A DNA stretch of 64,000 bases. It comes from Cycas panzhihuaensis (taxonomy: Eukaryota; Plantae; Cycadophyta). Location of the stretch: assembly GCA_023213395.1 (NCBI GenBank), contig CM041465.1, positions 197,043,741-197,107,740 on the forward strand, read 5' to 3'. Below the pieces are notes generated by a model, which did not search any database, had not been told where the DNA came from, and worked only from the letters and a program-made list of their open reading frames with translations. The translations under genes were made by a program, and so were the position numbers. Below are positions 13,527 to 24,500 of the stretch, piece after piece (position 1 is the stretch's first letter; each line of letters begins with the position of its first letter).

Positions 13527-16500
13527 TGGAAGCATACTTCTGGGGGGTCACTAGATGCAAAGGGATCAAGCCTATACAATCACTAATAAAAGGGCTTAAG
13601 GATCCTTGGATGTGGGATAAAAGGTCATCCACAAAGGGCATTCATGTGTCAGAACGCAGGTTTGAGGACCCAAAAATGGCGCACAAACCTTCCCTTAGGA
13701 TGAGCACCTTCTCAGATTTGAGATGGGCAAGGGGCTCCTTTAGTTTTCTAAGTAGCCTCAAAGGGACACTCCTATCTTGACGGGTTGAGGAAGGAGAGAT
13801 AAGGTGAAAAGACACTTTTCCCAAAAAGAGGGAAAAAGAAGAGGTGGACCCTAATGAAGAGGGGGTGCCTTTGGATGAGAAGGAGGTAGCAAATGGCAAG
13901 GGTGCAAGGAGGAGGTTCGGTAGAAGAACTAACTCTTAAATGGGGTAAAGCAAATGAATGCCTTATTGAAGGGCACCTAGAGGAGGGTGCTCCTAAGGTT
14001 TCCATACACTAGGCAAATAGCTAAGTGTGTAAGATGCTATGCGATATATTTTCGTTTTGTTTTAGATGAGTAGTGTAGTGATATGAAGTGTTACTATTAC
14101 TGAGTTATTACAAATTAAGAGGAGAAAAAGAACAATAACAACACTCTCTTTTGACTCTTATTTCCTCTCTCTCTTTTTTCTTTTATGAATGACAATAGAA
14201 ACAAAGGAACCAAGAGGAAGAGAAATCACATGCAAAGAGTGTGACAATTAATGCAAACTACCCTAGTAGTGTATAGGAAGGAGAAGTAATGATAGAGGGG
14301 CTTAAATCCCTTTATATCCTTATTTTAGTAAATGTAAGAACATGAAAAAAGGAATGGGAATGCAATAAAGGGGTGAAACCGTTTCGCTAGTAAAGTTAAT
14401 GTCTACCAATGCAAGGGGCAATTTCTTTTCCTAATGAATGCAAATTAAGCAATCCACAAGCAAGAAAATGCATATGTGACCTTTCCTTTTCTTTCTTCTT
14501 TTTGGGAGAGGGGGAGAAGGATGAGAAAGAAGATAAAGTCGGAAGAGGTGTACTTGGAACCGTGATGGTTGGTGTAGCAAGCCTTTCTTCTTTCGTTACG
14601 ATCCTCTTTTGCTTGCCTCACCCTCCTTGCTGTGGTTGGCGTCATAGGAAAAGTGTTGGCGGGCCTTCCTTGCCTTTCCTAAAGAGCTTATATAGATGGA
14701 AACAAAAAAGGAGTTGCAAAGGAAAAGGAAAAGGAAAATTCAAAATAAAGTAATCAAAGTAAAAGGAGTACCCATACCTTCTACAATAATCCTTGCTTGC
14801 TTTAAAAGTAGGACATGCACAACAAGTTAGTTTCCCCTTCCACGATGCTAGATGTACATAAAAGCAAAGGTATATTTGTATATATATATCTATGCTTGCT
14901 AAAAGAAAAAGAAAGCATGACCTTATTTAAATGCTTTTAAATAGAAACAACGTATTGTTTAAACCTTATTTTACATGCATGTGAAATGCTCAAGCAACTT
15001 TGCGAGAAAGGGAGGTAGAAGGGGAGAGAAAGAGAGCCTCATAATGGCCAGCCCTCCAAATAAGGCACTTCCACATAGTCAAGTGCTCTAAACTAGAAGA
15101 TCAAACAAGAGGTTATAGCTTTCAAGCAAGCAAAATAGTAGCAAAGTTTGCAAGAAGTAGTGGCTACAAGAAAAAATTGCAAAAGCTACAAATGTTGCAA
15201 TATACAACTTTTGCAAGATAAAGTAAAAAACTTGTAAACTATAAGATATGCTAAAAAAAATTAGATTTTGATGGCATATGAGAGTTGGTTGCAGGCATTG
15301 CAAGTGACTGGCAATGCTACAACTAGCTAAATCCCTTCCCTTAAGGATTTTTGGGCATGTAAGATAGGTGTGAGATGGGAGAAGTTGCGAAGGGTAGGGG
15401 TGTACCCTAGAAGAGGTGGCCAAGAGGGTTAGAACCATAGCCTTAAGCTCCTCTCTCACTTTTCTATAAATTTTCCCATAACCTTCTTGGTAGAAGCTCG
15501 AAAGAAACCTCAAGAGGTGAGGAGGGTGAGCCAAGAGAAGGGTGGGTTTGCCTTATAAAGAATAAGTGTATGGAAGAGGTTTATGGAAAGCCCAGAACAA
15601 TATTCAGAAAATGCTACAGTTAAAGGAAGGAAACAACAAATTGCAAGCCTAAAAATCCCTACCCAAATTAACTTGAAATAACTTTTACCTCATAGATTGG
15701 TTGGGAAGGGAGGATCTCCCTTGATGGATGGAGGAAAGTTCCCTTCAATAGTTCAAGAGAGTGTGAAACTTGCAGAAAACTTGATGCAATGATTAGAGAG
15801 AGTACTTGAGAGGAGAACCTTGCTCAAATCAGACTATTATAGATCTGCAACTTAGGGTTTTTTCCATAAGGAAGAAAGAGACAAGAGAGGAGAGTAGAAG
15901 AGAGCTAGAGGAGGCCTTACTTTCTTTCTAAAAATGAGCCAAGAAGAAGCAAATGAACTTAAAAATGAGTTTTTATACCCGACCCTAATCTATCGAGCAA
16001 TTAGGGATTACCTTGGGTGGGAAACAACCTGATACCACGTGTTAATTTAGTAATTAATGCAAAACTGGTCATTGCCAGGCCGAAAATCTAAATGGATAGT
16101 CACACCATGCTAAACTTTGTAGTATCACAGAGTTTGTCACGGTACCACGAATAGTGTCGCGGTGCACTTAAAACAAGGTAAAAAAATAAAAAGGGTCCTC
16201 GAAGACCCTCAAAAGAGGGTCATAGACCTTGAAAGAGTAAAATAGTGGGTTGTTGGGGCATCTAGGAGAGTTTAAGTGTTGGTGGGACCATAACAAGCAA
16301 AGAAAATGTGGTAATTAGGCCCTAATGCAAGACAAGTGGTAAGTGAGGAGGTGATCAGGCCTAAACAGGTTGTTAGCGATCACATGATTCTAACAAAGGT
16401 GATTAAAAGTGAGCTGCGGGAGCTAGGAGTACTTAAGAATGCTGTGGAGGTGTGATGGAAGGCCATAATGTGCCATGGGACATTTGTCCCGAGTCATCAT

Positions 16501-16694
16501 AGGGTAAAATAGAAGATGCAAGCATAAGTGGGCAGGCAAACTAGGCATAACAACCATGTAAACGATCAATGCCATGGAAAATATATCTAATGAATATTCA
16601 ATTACATTCTGAAGTAAATGAAAGATGAGGTAGAAATATACTTGTGCTTACATGAGAGGTATAATCCATGTCCATTCTCAGTAGCTAGGAAACA
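13527..16694 (-). repeat. 3' LTR of Tat-1 (3168 bp)
   Basis: TGGAAGCATAC...GGAAACA. Collinear with 28458-31615 at roughly 85-90% identity (estimated by eye). Confidence 0.93.
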
Positions 16695-16704
16695 CTGCTC
16701 CCTT
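16695..16704 (-). other. Polypurine tract of Tat-1
   Basis: Minus strand AAGGGAGCAG abuts the LTR. The Tat-2 equivalent is AAGGGGACAG. Confidence 0.75.
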
Positions 16705-17221
16705 GGCAGTAGAGCCTCACTGCTGGAAAGCATAAAGCGATGGTGAATGCTATCAACACAAAGGTTAGTATTGTGCATTAAAGTACAAAGGTATCATTGT
16801 CCAAGGGAGTGGCGAGTGTCATGGCAGAACGCATGGATAAGGAGGAAAGAGGGGTGACATAGGGGTTGCCTATGCATGGCCCTAGAAATTGATAGAAGGA
16901 AGGATGGATGAGGGGGACACCCCCATCGGACCTATGCAATATAAGTGATACTAAAATTCATGAGCATAATCAATAAGATAACATAGACGAGAAGCCTGTA
17001 TATGTAGAAACCAAAATACGAGGGCCTCGTACCATATGCAGTACAAAGGGTGAGATAGAGAAACAAACCTGGTGGTCACCATAGTATAACCTCATAAGTG
17101 GTCTATTTTCAGAGGTGTAAAGGAATTGTAAACGGAGGAAGGGATGCTCCCAGAGCCTGAGTGACTAGGCAACCTACTAGGCTATCTAGGGAGGATTATC
17201 TAGAAGGGAAAGATGACACTC

Positions 17222-17588
17222 AAGGATGTGACAGATAAGGCCATTTGCATCAACATTTAAGTCTCTGGGAATATGCTGAATGTCCACATAGGAGAAATGA
17301 GATAGGAGAGATCTAGCGATCGAAGCAAGGGTTCTCAATCATGGGTAATGCACCTAATAAACCTGGGTTAGCTACAACATGATGATCTGAGAGTCACAAA
17401 AAAAGATGATGGGACCATGATAAAAATAAAGTAACAATTGTATATTTAGCTTCGTTATTTGTGGCCTCAAGGAGAAAGATTCTAGAACGCATCAAGTCAT
17501 ATTAGGAGGGGTCATGGAGGATCCACGCAGTAGCAGAAGGTCTTGGATTGCTACAACTTCCTTCGTTAGTAAAGATAAGTAGTACCAT
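17222..17588 (-). pseudogene. Free-standing archaeal-type RNase H (aRH) of Tat-1
   Basis: Manual translation: MVLLIFTNEGSCSNPRPSATAWILHDPS...RIFLLEATNNEAKY...DSQIIML*LTQVY...SHFSYVDIQHIPRDLNVDANGL. These match the RNase HI motifs DG.S.GNPGP, TNNEAEY, DSQ and HIPR..N..AD. Confidence 0.85.
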
Positions 17589-18162
17589 GGTGAAAAATAG
17601 GGCTTGCATCAAATGACAAGAGAAATAGTGATGGTAAGGTCAAAAAGTAAGGAGGAGGAGAGGATGTAGCGACGAGGCTACAATCACTTAAAATGCTATG
17701 AATATGGACCATAAAAGGACATGAGAGTCCTGGGAAGAGGCTACTAGTCTCGAAGAAACCTAATTGACGAAGAGGCAAGGAGGTAATAGTAAAAAGGCCC
17801 CTTTTGGGCTCCCAAGGGTTGCCAAAAAGGGCCAAAGGAGGTCCAAAAAGGGGGAGGCGCTTTCCCTAAGAGCCTCAAAGGCTCAAACGTGCAACAAAAA
17901 TGGATCCAAAATGTTAAAATGAATCAAAAGAGTATAAACATGGGTATTTTTTGAAGTGATATGAAAAATGAGGTGGAAAGGACCTGCAAGAGATTGAAGG
18001 GGTCATCATAAATGTGCCAAAAGATCTTGGAATGGAGGCTACAGAGGCAAAACAGGGGGGGGGGGGGAGACCTTGAAGGCAAAGGTAATAGAGGCCAAGG
18101 AGATGGTCTCGAAGGCTATCACAACAAGGGAAAAGGAGAAAGTACCCCTTGGGACCCCCACG

Positions 18163-18170
18163 TATATAAA
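18163..18170 (+). promoter_or_regulatory. Putative TATA box for the antisense PMD gene of Tat-1
   Basis: GGGACCCCCACGTATATAAA. The context is conserved in Tat-2 (GGGGCCCCCGCCTATATAAG on the minus strand at 61664-61670), and both are followed by ATTCATTTTCATGG. Confidence 0.55.
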
Positions 18171-18752
18171 GAGAGAAGGGTAAAAATAAAATTCATTTTC
18201 ATGGGTCCCACGATCAATTTGGAGCCCTCCCTTCTACGCAGCAGAGCCCTATCAAAAATTGGGAGTACATTACGAGAGATCTGACTATTGGATCGAGGCG
18301 CATAGATAGCCTACGAGACCGTGGTAATGAGATAGTGGTAGCTAGACCCGATCTAGTGAGTGGATCATTCCTTATCCCATCCATTTTGTCATTTTAGTTT
18401 GATGACTTTTATATGGTTTTCTAGCTTAGTTTTAGCCCCTTAAGGGAAAATTGGGACCTCTTGGGGCTCAAATGAGGCCTAGAGAGGGGGATGACCAGGG
18501 CATTAGGTAGCCCTAGTCCTAGTGAGCTAGGACCCTAGCCCACTCAGGCAAGGTTTTTAGTTTTTTTAGGGCATCTCCTACTTTTTAGGGGGGTAACAAT
18601 AGCCCCGCGGCAAAGATTGCAGTGTCGTGAAATTTGTGGTAGGGCCACTGAGAAAATGGTAATTTGTCAGTAGGGTCCATGTCAAAATCTATGGTACCCA
18701 GAGTTTAACATGGGGTAGAGGATAGATAGTGTAAAAAAAAAAACGATGCCCA

Positions 18753-20684
18753 ATGGATGACTTTGCTCACTTTGATGGAGCACAAGGCACCCAAGGGGCA
18801 ATAAGACATGCAGTAAGAGGTGTTTTGGACTGACTTTTGGATTATTTTTAAGCATTTATCGTGGTGGACAACCACGAGAACATCGGGATGGCCATGCTCA
18901 GCTTCATCAAGATGATGTCGAGGCATGACAGGATGACTCTAAGATGTTACAGGCTCCTGAAGATCATTAGGACGCCCTAATATGCATCAGATCGATGCCT
19001 CATAACTGACATAGTCTCCTATTGGGATCAACAGAGGCACGTCTTCCATCTTCCCTAGGTGGGAGACATCACTATCATACTAAGAGACATCAGGAGAATT
19101 TTGGGTATACCGGCGGGAGGAGCACTGGCATCACTGGGTGCTTTTCCTAACACAGACACTGCCCACACAGAGGCAGCTACATACTTCACTAGACAGGGCA
19201 GATAGGATTGATAAGGTGTGTTGGTCTAGGCAATCATTTTATCCAGAGTTCCTTGAGTGAGGAAACTCATTACATTATCTATTCTATTTTAGATTTCTTG
19301 AAAACAGAATTATAAAGACATATCGGGTGGATAGATGGCTATAGTATAGAGATGCGAGGTAGGGAAGAGACTAGATTTATCTACCTTGATAGCAACTATC
19401 CTAGTGGCACAGTTAGATTAGATCCGGGTAGCAGGGCAAGGAGGATTCTCTTACTACACCTTATTATAGTGCTAGTTTTTTGACTACTTTAGAGTAGTAG
19501 TGCCATCAGGAGGACCACATTCCATCTCAATGCGGGCACCTATGGTCCATAGATGGTAGACTCAGTTTAGAAGGACAAAGGACCAGGTTTACATACGAAG
19601 GTCAGTGGAGGTGACATCACTCGATCTACTTACTCTAGTAGACTAAACAATGGACCCATATAGAGGGGTATACTAGGAGAGTGATGACGTAGTAAGAGAG
19701 TTCAGAGATAAACCTAATGAGGATAGAGGCGATGATGGAGGCAATGGGATAGGGCCATCATGAGCTGTAGGAGATAAGGTAGGCTTATCAACACCTATAA
19801 GGAGAGGCATACCACCACATACGCCAACAAGTAGAGGAGAGCTACAGGTAGAGCTCAAGCAGCTACTATGGCTATGGTGACAGTGACAGAGGCAGGCAGA
19901 GGGAGGAGTAGAGGCAGGAGATACTTTGGAAGCTTAAGAGTTAGGGGAATTAGTGTTGGAGGTAGAGGCAGCAATTGAGAGAGCTCTTACAGAGGAGGTA
20001 ATCATCAGAGCTGAGGAGCCATCCATCCTAAGAGGTGAAACACTATCCTAACTCGATATCTTTTCGATCACTAGCTACTTAGATAGTTTATTTTGATTTG
20101 ATTTAGATGCTTTCACATATATATTTGTTAGACTGACACATGGTATTCATGGTTTGGTAGGTGTAGTGGAGATGAATAGGCTCATAGAGGCAACAGTCCA
20201 TGAGTTGTTTCCTCAGGTCTACGCAGAGGGACAACCATCCATCCTAGCTAGTGAAGAGCCTCGATTTATGGGGGCACACATAATGATATTTGCCCCATTG
20301 ATCAGAGCTAGGGACATATGGGTGGCAGGGTCCCAGGGGTACCAAGCAAGAACAAGATAGCTATAGGGTGCCCTAGATGGACTTCAGGCAGAAAGAGACC
20401 AGATAGTTATAGAGAGGGACACCCTACGAGGCTAGGTCCAGGCATTGGAGGTCCAAGGAGGAGGAGAAACAAGCAAAAATACAGAGAGTCAAATTAGGAT
20501 CTTTGTCCTAGAGGAGAAGCTCTGAGGAGTGGAGGGGGAGAGGGATCGTAACCAGGCGAGATACGATCAGTTAGTAGAGTAGATCACCACTAAGTCATCG
20601 TGGAGTAGATCTCACACCCATACGATGGCGATGACCTAGAGGAGGCCTCGAGATGAGGAGAGTAAGGCAGGGAGCTCACAGTGA
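18753..20684 (+). pseudogene. Antisense Plant Mobile Domain (PMD, MAIN/MAIL-like) gene of Tat-1, two exons (intron 20035-20160)
   Basis: DRCLITDIVSYWDQQRHVFHLP*VGDITIILRDIRRILGIP matches the PMD signature (LITALVERW...HTFHLP.GE.TITL.DV..LLGLP). Later motifs are RLDLSTLIA..L..QLD and GGFS...LL*C*FFDYF. An acidic low-complexity region and a coiled-coil-like last exon follow. Many stops are consistent with C-to-T or G-to-A decay. Confidence 0.82.
20035..20160 (+). other. Spliceosomal GT-AG intron in the antisense PMD gene (Tat-1)
   Basis: AG|GTGAAA...CTGAC...TTGGTAG|G, AT-rich. Its position is conserved in Tat-2 (59605-59728), and splicing joins homologous frames. Confidence 0.75.
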
Positions 20685-21586
20685 TGTTGTAGGAGCTTAG
20701 GAGGCATGTGGTCTCCTAGCAAGGGGTCTCACATGCAAGGAGATGATATCCCCTGAGGGTAGGGCATCAAGGATGATTTTGATGTATTATTAATTTTGGG
20801 CTGGAAAGCATTGGACCTCTAAGGAGTCTCGCCATATATAGATATATGATTATACTCCTCCTTGTAAGGATTCCAGCTTCTTGAGGCATGACACCTAGAT
20901 GATATACTATATGACTTTCTAAGATATGATTTGTGTATATATAGATGAGGGCCAATTGGTAAGCCATTTGATCCATAATGATGGTATTATGATTATTTTG
21001 TGATGTTGTTGCTTTATTGTATTATTTATTTGCTTATATATATGCATAGAGAGATAGATGTATGCATATATGGGTGTACGAGGGACTATGCATTATGGTG
21101 GCTTTAATTGATTATTATGTATGGTGTTTGTTGTTAGATCATGTGTAGATGACATTCATGTTTCTTTTCATGCAACATCGTACTCATAGCAGGTATACAT
21201 GATTACTACATGTATCAGTGATAGGTACATATGAGGCTAGGAGAGGGGGGGCTATGCATGTCCACTGAGGGAGCATAACAGATATGCAAAGGAAATAACG
21301 ATAAAGGGGGAGTATAAATACTTAAGCAAGATGCCCTAGTTGAGATACGATTCCAGGCTCAGGAGCGAAGGAAGTTTGCATACCCAACTATGAAATGAGA
21401 GGTTTCCCTTGGGAGGGAAACAAAGGATGATATGTAAATTATGGAACCATTAAGATAAGAGGCCACTCTAAGTTGCCATCCCACCTATGATTAGGGGGAT
21501 GGAGACACGCTTAGAGTGGTAGTTTAGGCTCATTTTAGAGCGAGAGGAAAAAAGGGTATGCCTAATTTACCCAGGAGTAGGGAAGG

Positions 21587-24500
21587 TCACACATAGAATT
21601 TCTTTAAGAATTTACCATTGATAGATTTCTCAAAATTGAGACTCTCTAGAGTTGCGATCTTATAGGCACCATTGTTGAGGCTTTCGAGAATGATGAAAAG
21701 ACCAACCCATTTAGGCCCAAATTTAGACAAGCGATCATGGAGATATCCTAGTTTAAGGACGTGGTCCCCTAGATGCAAAGGGCGAGGGCAAAGACGTTTA
21801 TCATACATTTTTTGCACCCTGGCCTTAGAGGTAAGATTTACTAATATACGATCAAACATATCTCGTTAAAGCTTCGAGGTTGAGGAGGTGGGCCTGGGGA
21901 TAGGATTCCTCGTTGATGAAACCTCGAAGGGAAACATATAAGGAGGGGATTTTAACTTCCAAGGGAAGGACTACCTCGGTTCTATACATGAGGGAGAATG
22001 GGGTCATCCTTGTAGCCATGGAAATAGAAGTATGATATGTCCATAAAATAAAGGAAACCTGAACATGCCAATCCCTTTGGGATTGGCCAATGGTTTTCTT
22101 TAGGATGTTAATAAGAGTCTTGTTAAAGGACTCGATTTAGCCATTGGCCTAAGGGTGATAGGGAGAAGAAGTCTTATGGGATATCCTAAACTTCCCACAA
22201 AGCTCATCAATTTCCTTATTACAAAAGGAAGTACCATTATCTATGATTAGGATATGAGGGACCCTGAATCGACAGATAGTGTATTGGTAGATGAAGGTAG
22301 CTATAGTCTTACTGATAATAGAAGACAAGGGAACCGCTTCGACCTATTTAGTGAAATATTCCATTACAGTCAAGATAAACTTATACTATAATAAAGGAGG
22401 GGTTATAGCCCCAATGAGGTCTAATCCCCATTAGGAAAATAGCCATGGAGAAATAATAGGGTGTAAGGCCTCAGAATGTGAATAGATGACATTGGCATGC
22501 TCCTGACACCTACGACATCGCAAAGCATAGGCATGGGTGTTATTGAAAAGGGACAGCTAATAGTGACCCATGTGAAGGATCCTCTGGGCCATGGATTGGC
22601 CCCCAAAGTGGCCCCCACAAATTCTATTATGGCATTTGTGAAGTATCTAGTTCACCCAGTTAGGGTCAATGTAACGAAGGAGGACCCTATCAAAGGATCT
22701 TTTATATAACACCCCTTCCATGAGGAAGTATTGCCTAGCAATGGCCCTAACATATGACCTTACATTGTCACTAGCATCAAGATGATACTACTATTTAGTA
22801 AGGTATTATACAATATCCCCATACCATTCACTATTAGCCAATGGATGGAGGGACGAGTCTTCAATGGTAAGGATAGGCTTATCTGACAAGGAATCATCAA
22901 TAGGAGTATTTGAAGAGTTATGAATCAGGGTGTCAACTAACTGCTCGACGACCACCATTCCCTTCTTTGACTTCATATTAACGATTTGGAGGTCATATTC
23001 TTGAAGGAGGATGGCCCAATTTCCAGTCCTACCAGTCAAGTCAGATTGGGTTAGGAGGTATCTCAAGGGATTAGATTAGATGATTATTTGAGTGGTGTTA
23101 CTGAGCAAGTAATTCCTAAATTTCTTGGTTGGACAAACCAAGGTGAGTCATTCCTTCTTGGCAGGGAAATAATTGAGCTCAGCAGCAACTAATGTGTGAC
23201 TTATAAAATAGATAGCCCTCTTGATTCCTAAATCATCCTCTTAGGCCAGCATAGCCCCCAAGGATTCATCAGTAGCTGAGGTGTCAATCAAAGAGAGGAG
23301 GAACCAAGATTGGGGCAGAAGTGAAGGACTTTTTGAGCTGTTAGAAAGCTTCCTGGGCCTTGGGAGACCAAACAAATGGGCCCCCCTTCTTCAATAAGTT
23401 AGTAAGGGGTTTAGTATTTATGGCGAAGTTTGCTAAGAAATGCCTAAGGAAACCTAACCTACCCAAGAATGACTTGATTTTCCATTGAGTCTTGGGACGA
23501 GGCATGTCAAGGATGGCCTTGACTTTATTTGGGTCAACTTGGATTCCTTGTTTTGAAACCAAGAAACCCAAGAGTTTGTCAGCTGTTACAATAAATACGT
23601 ATTTAAGAGGATTCAAGCTAATATAATATTTGCGACACTTAGTAAAGATGGTGTGTAAATCATTGGGATGCTGGGCCCTTTTACATGAAAGGCCCATCAT
23701 ATTATCCATGAAGACCTTAAGGGTTTTATTTATGAGGTTGTGGAAGATGAACTGCATTGCTCTTTGGTAAGTGGCACCTATATTTTTGAGTCCAAAGGGC
23801 ATCACTTTGTAAGTGAAGGTACCCCAAGGAGTGGTGAAGGCTATTTTGTAATGGTTTTTAGGAGAAATTTGGATCTAGTTATACCCAGAGAAGCTGTCCA
23901 TCAAGAACATGACTTCGAATCCAGTGGTTCGATCGATGATTTGATCGATAATAGATAGAGGGAAGTTGTCTTTGGGACATGTGTTATTTATATCATGAAA
24001 ATTAACACATATCTAAATTGTCCCGTTCTTTTTGGCAATGGGAATGATATTTGAGACCAACTTAGGTTAATTAATAGAGGTGATCAACCCTGCATCTAAG
24101 AGTTTCTCAACTTCTATCTTCACGACAACAGATAGTTTAGGATGGAGGGGGGCACTACTTTTTCCACATAGGGTGAGCACCCAAAATAGTAATAAGGTTA
24201 TGGGTGAAAATAAAAGGGTCTATTCCCTTTATGTCAGTGTAATCCTATGCGAAGATGTCACGAAACTCTTGAAAAAGAACGATGTATTCCTTTAACTCTT
24301 CAGGGGAATATTCTTCTCGCACCTTGATGACCTTGCCAGGGGCAAGGACGATTCCTTGGTTGGCCCCATGCACATGGCATTCCCTTCCTCGAAATGAAGG
24401 GGGGCTTGGTCAATAAGAAGGGGCGAAGAGGAATTAGGCAGACTTAGATTAGCTAAGGGTGACTCAAGGGCTTAAATCTTCTAGTAACCAAGTTTATGGT

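Noticed and set aside
13502-15534. ORFs repeated at 13.5-15.5 kb and 28.5-30.1 kb as a conserved gene
   Set aside because: The similarity comes only from LTR duplication. The frames differ between copies and show no recognisable domain.
18356-18750. Possible 5'-UTR intron in the PMD transcript (GTGAGT donor conserved in both Tat copies)
   Set aside because: I could not identify a conserved acceptor in both copies.
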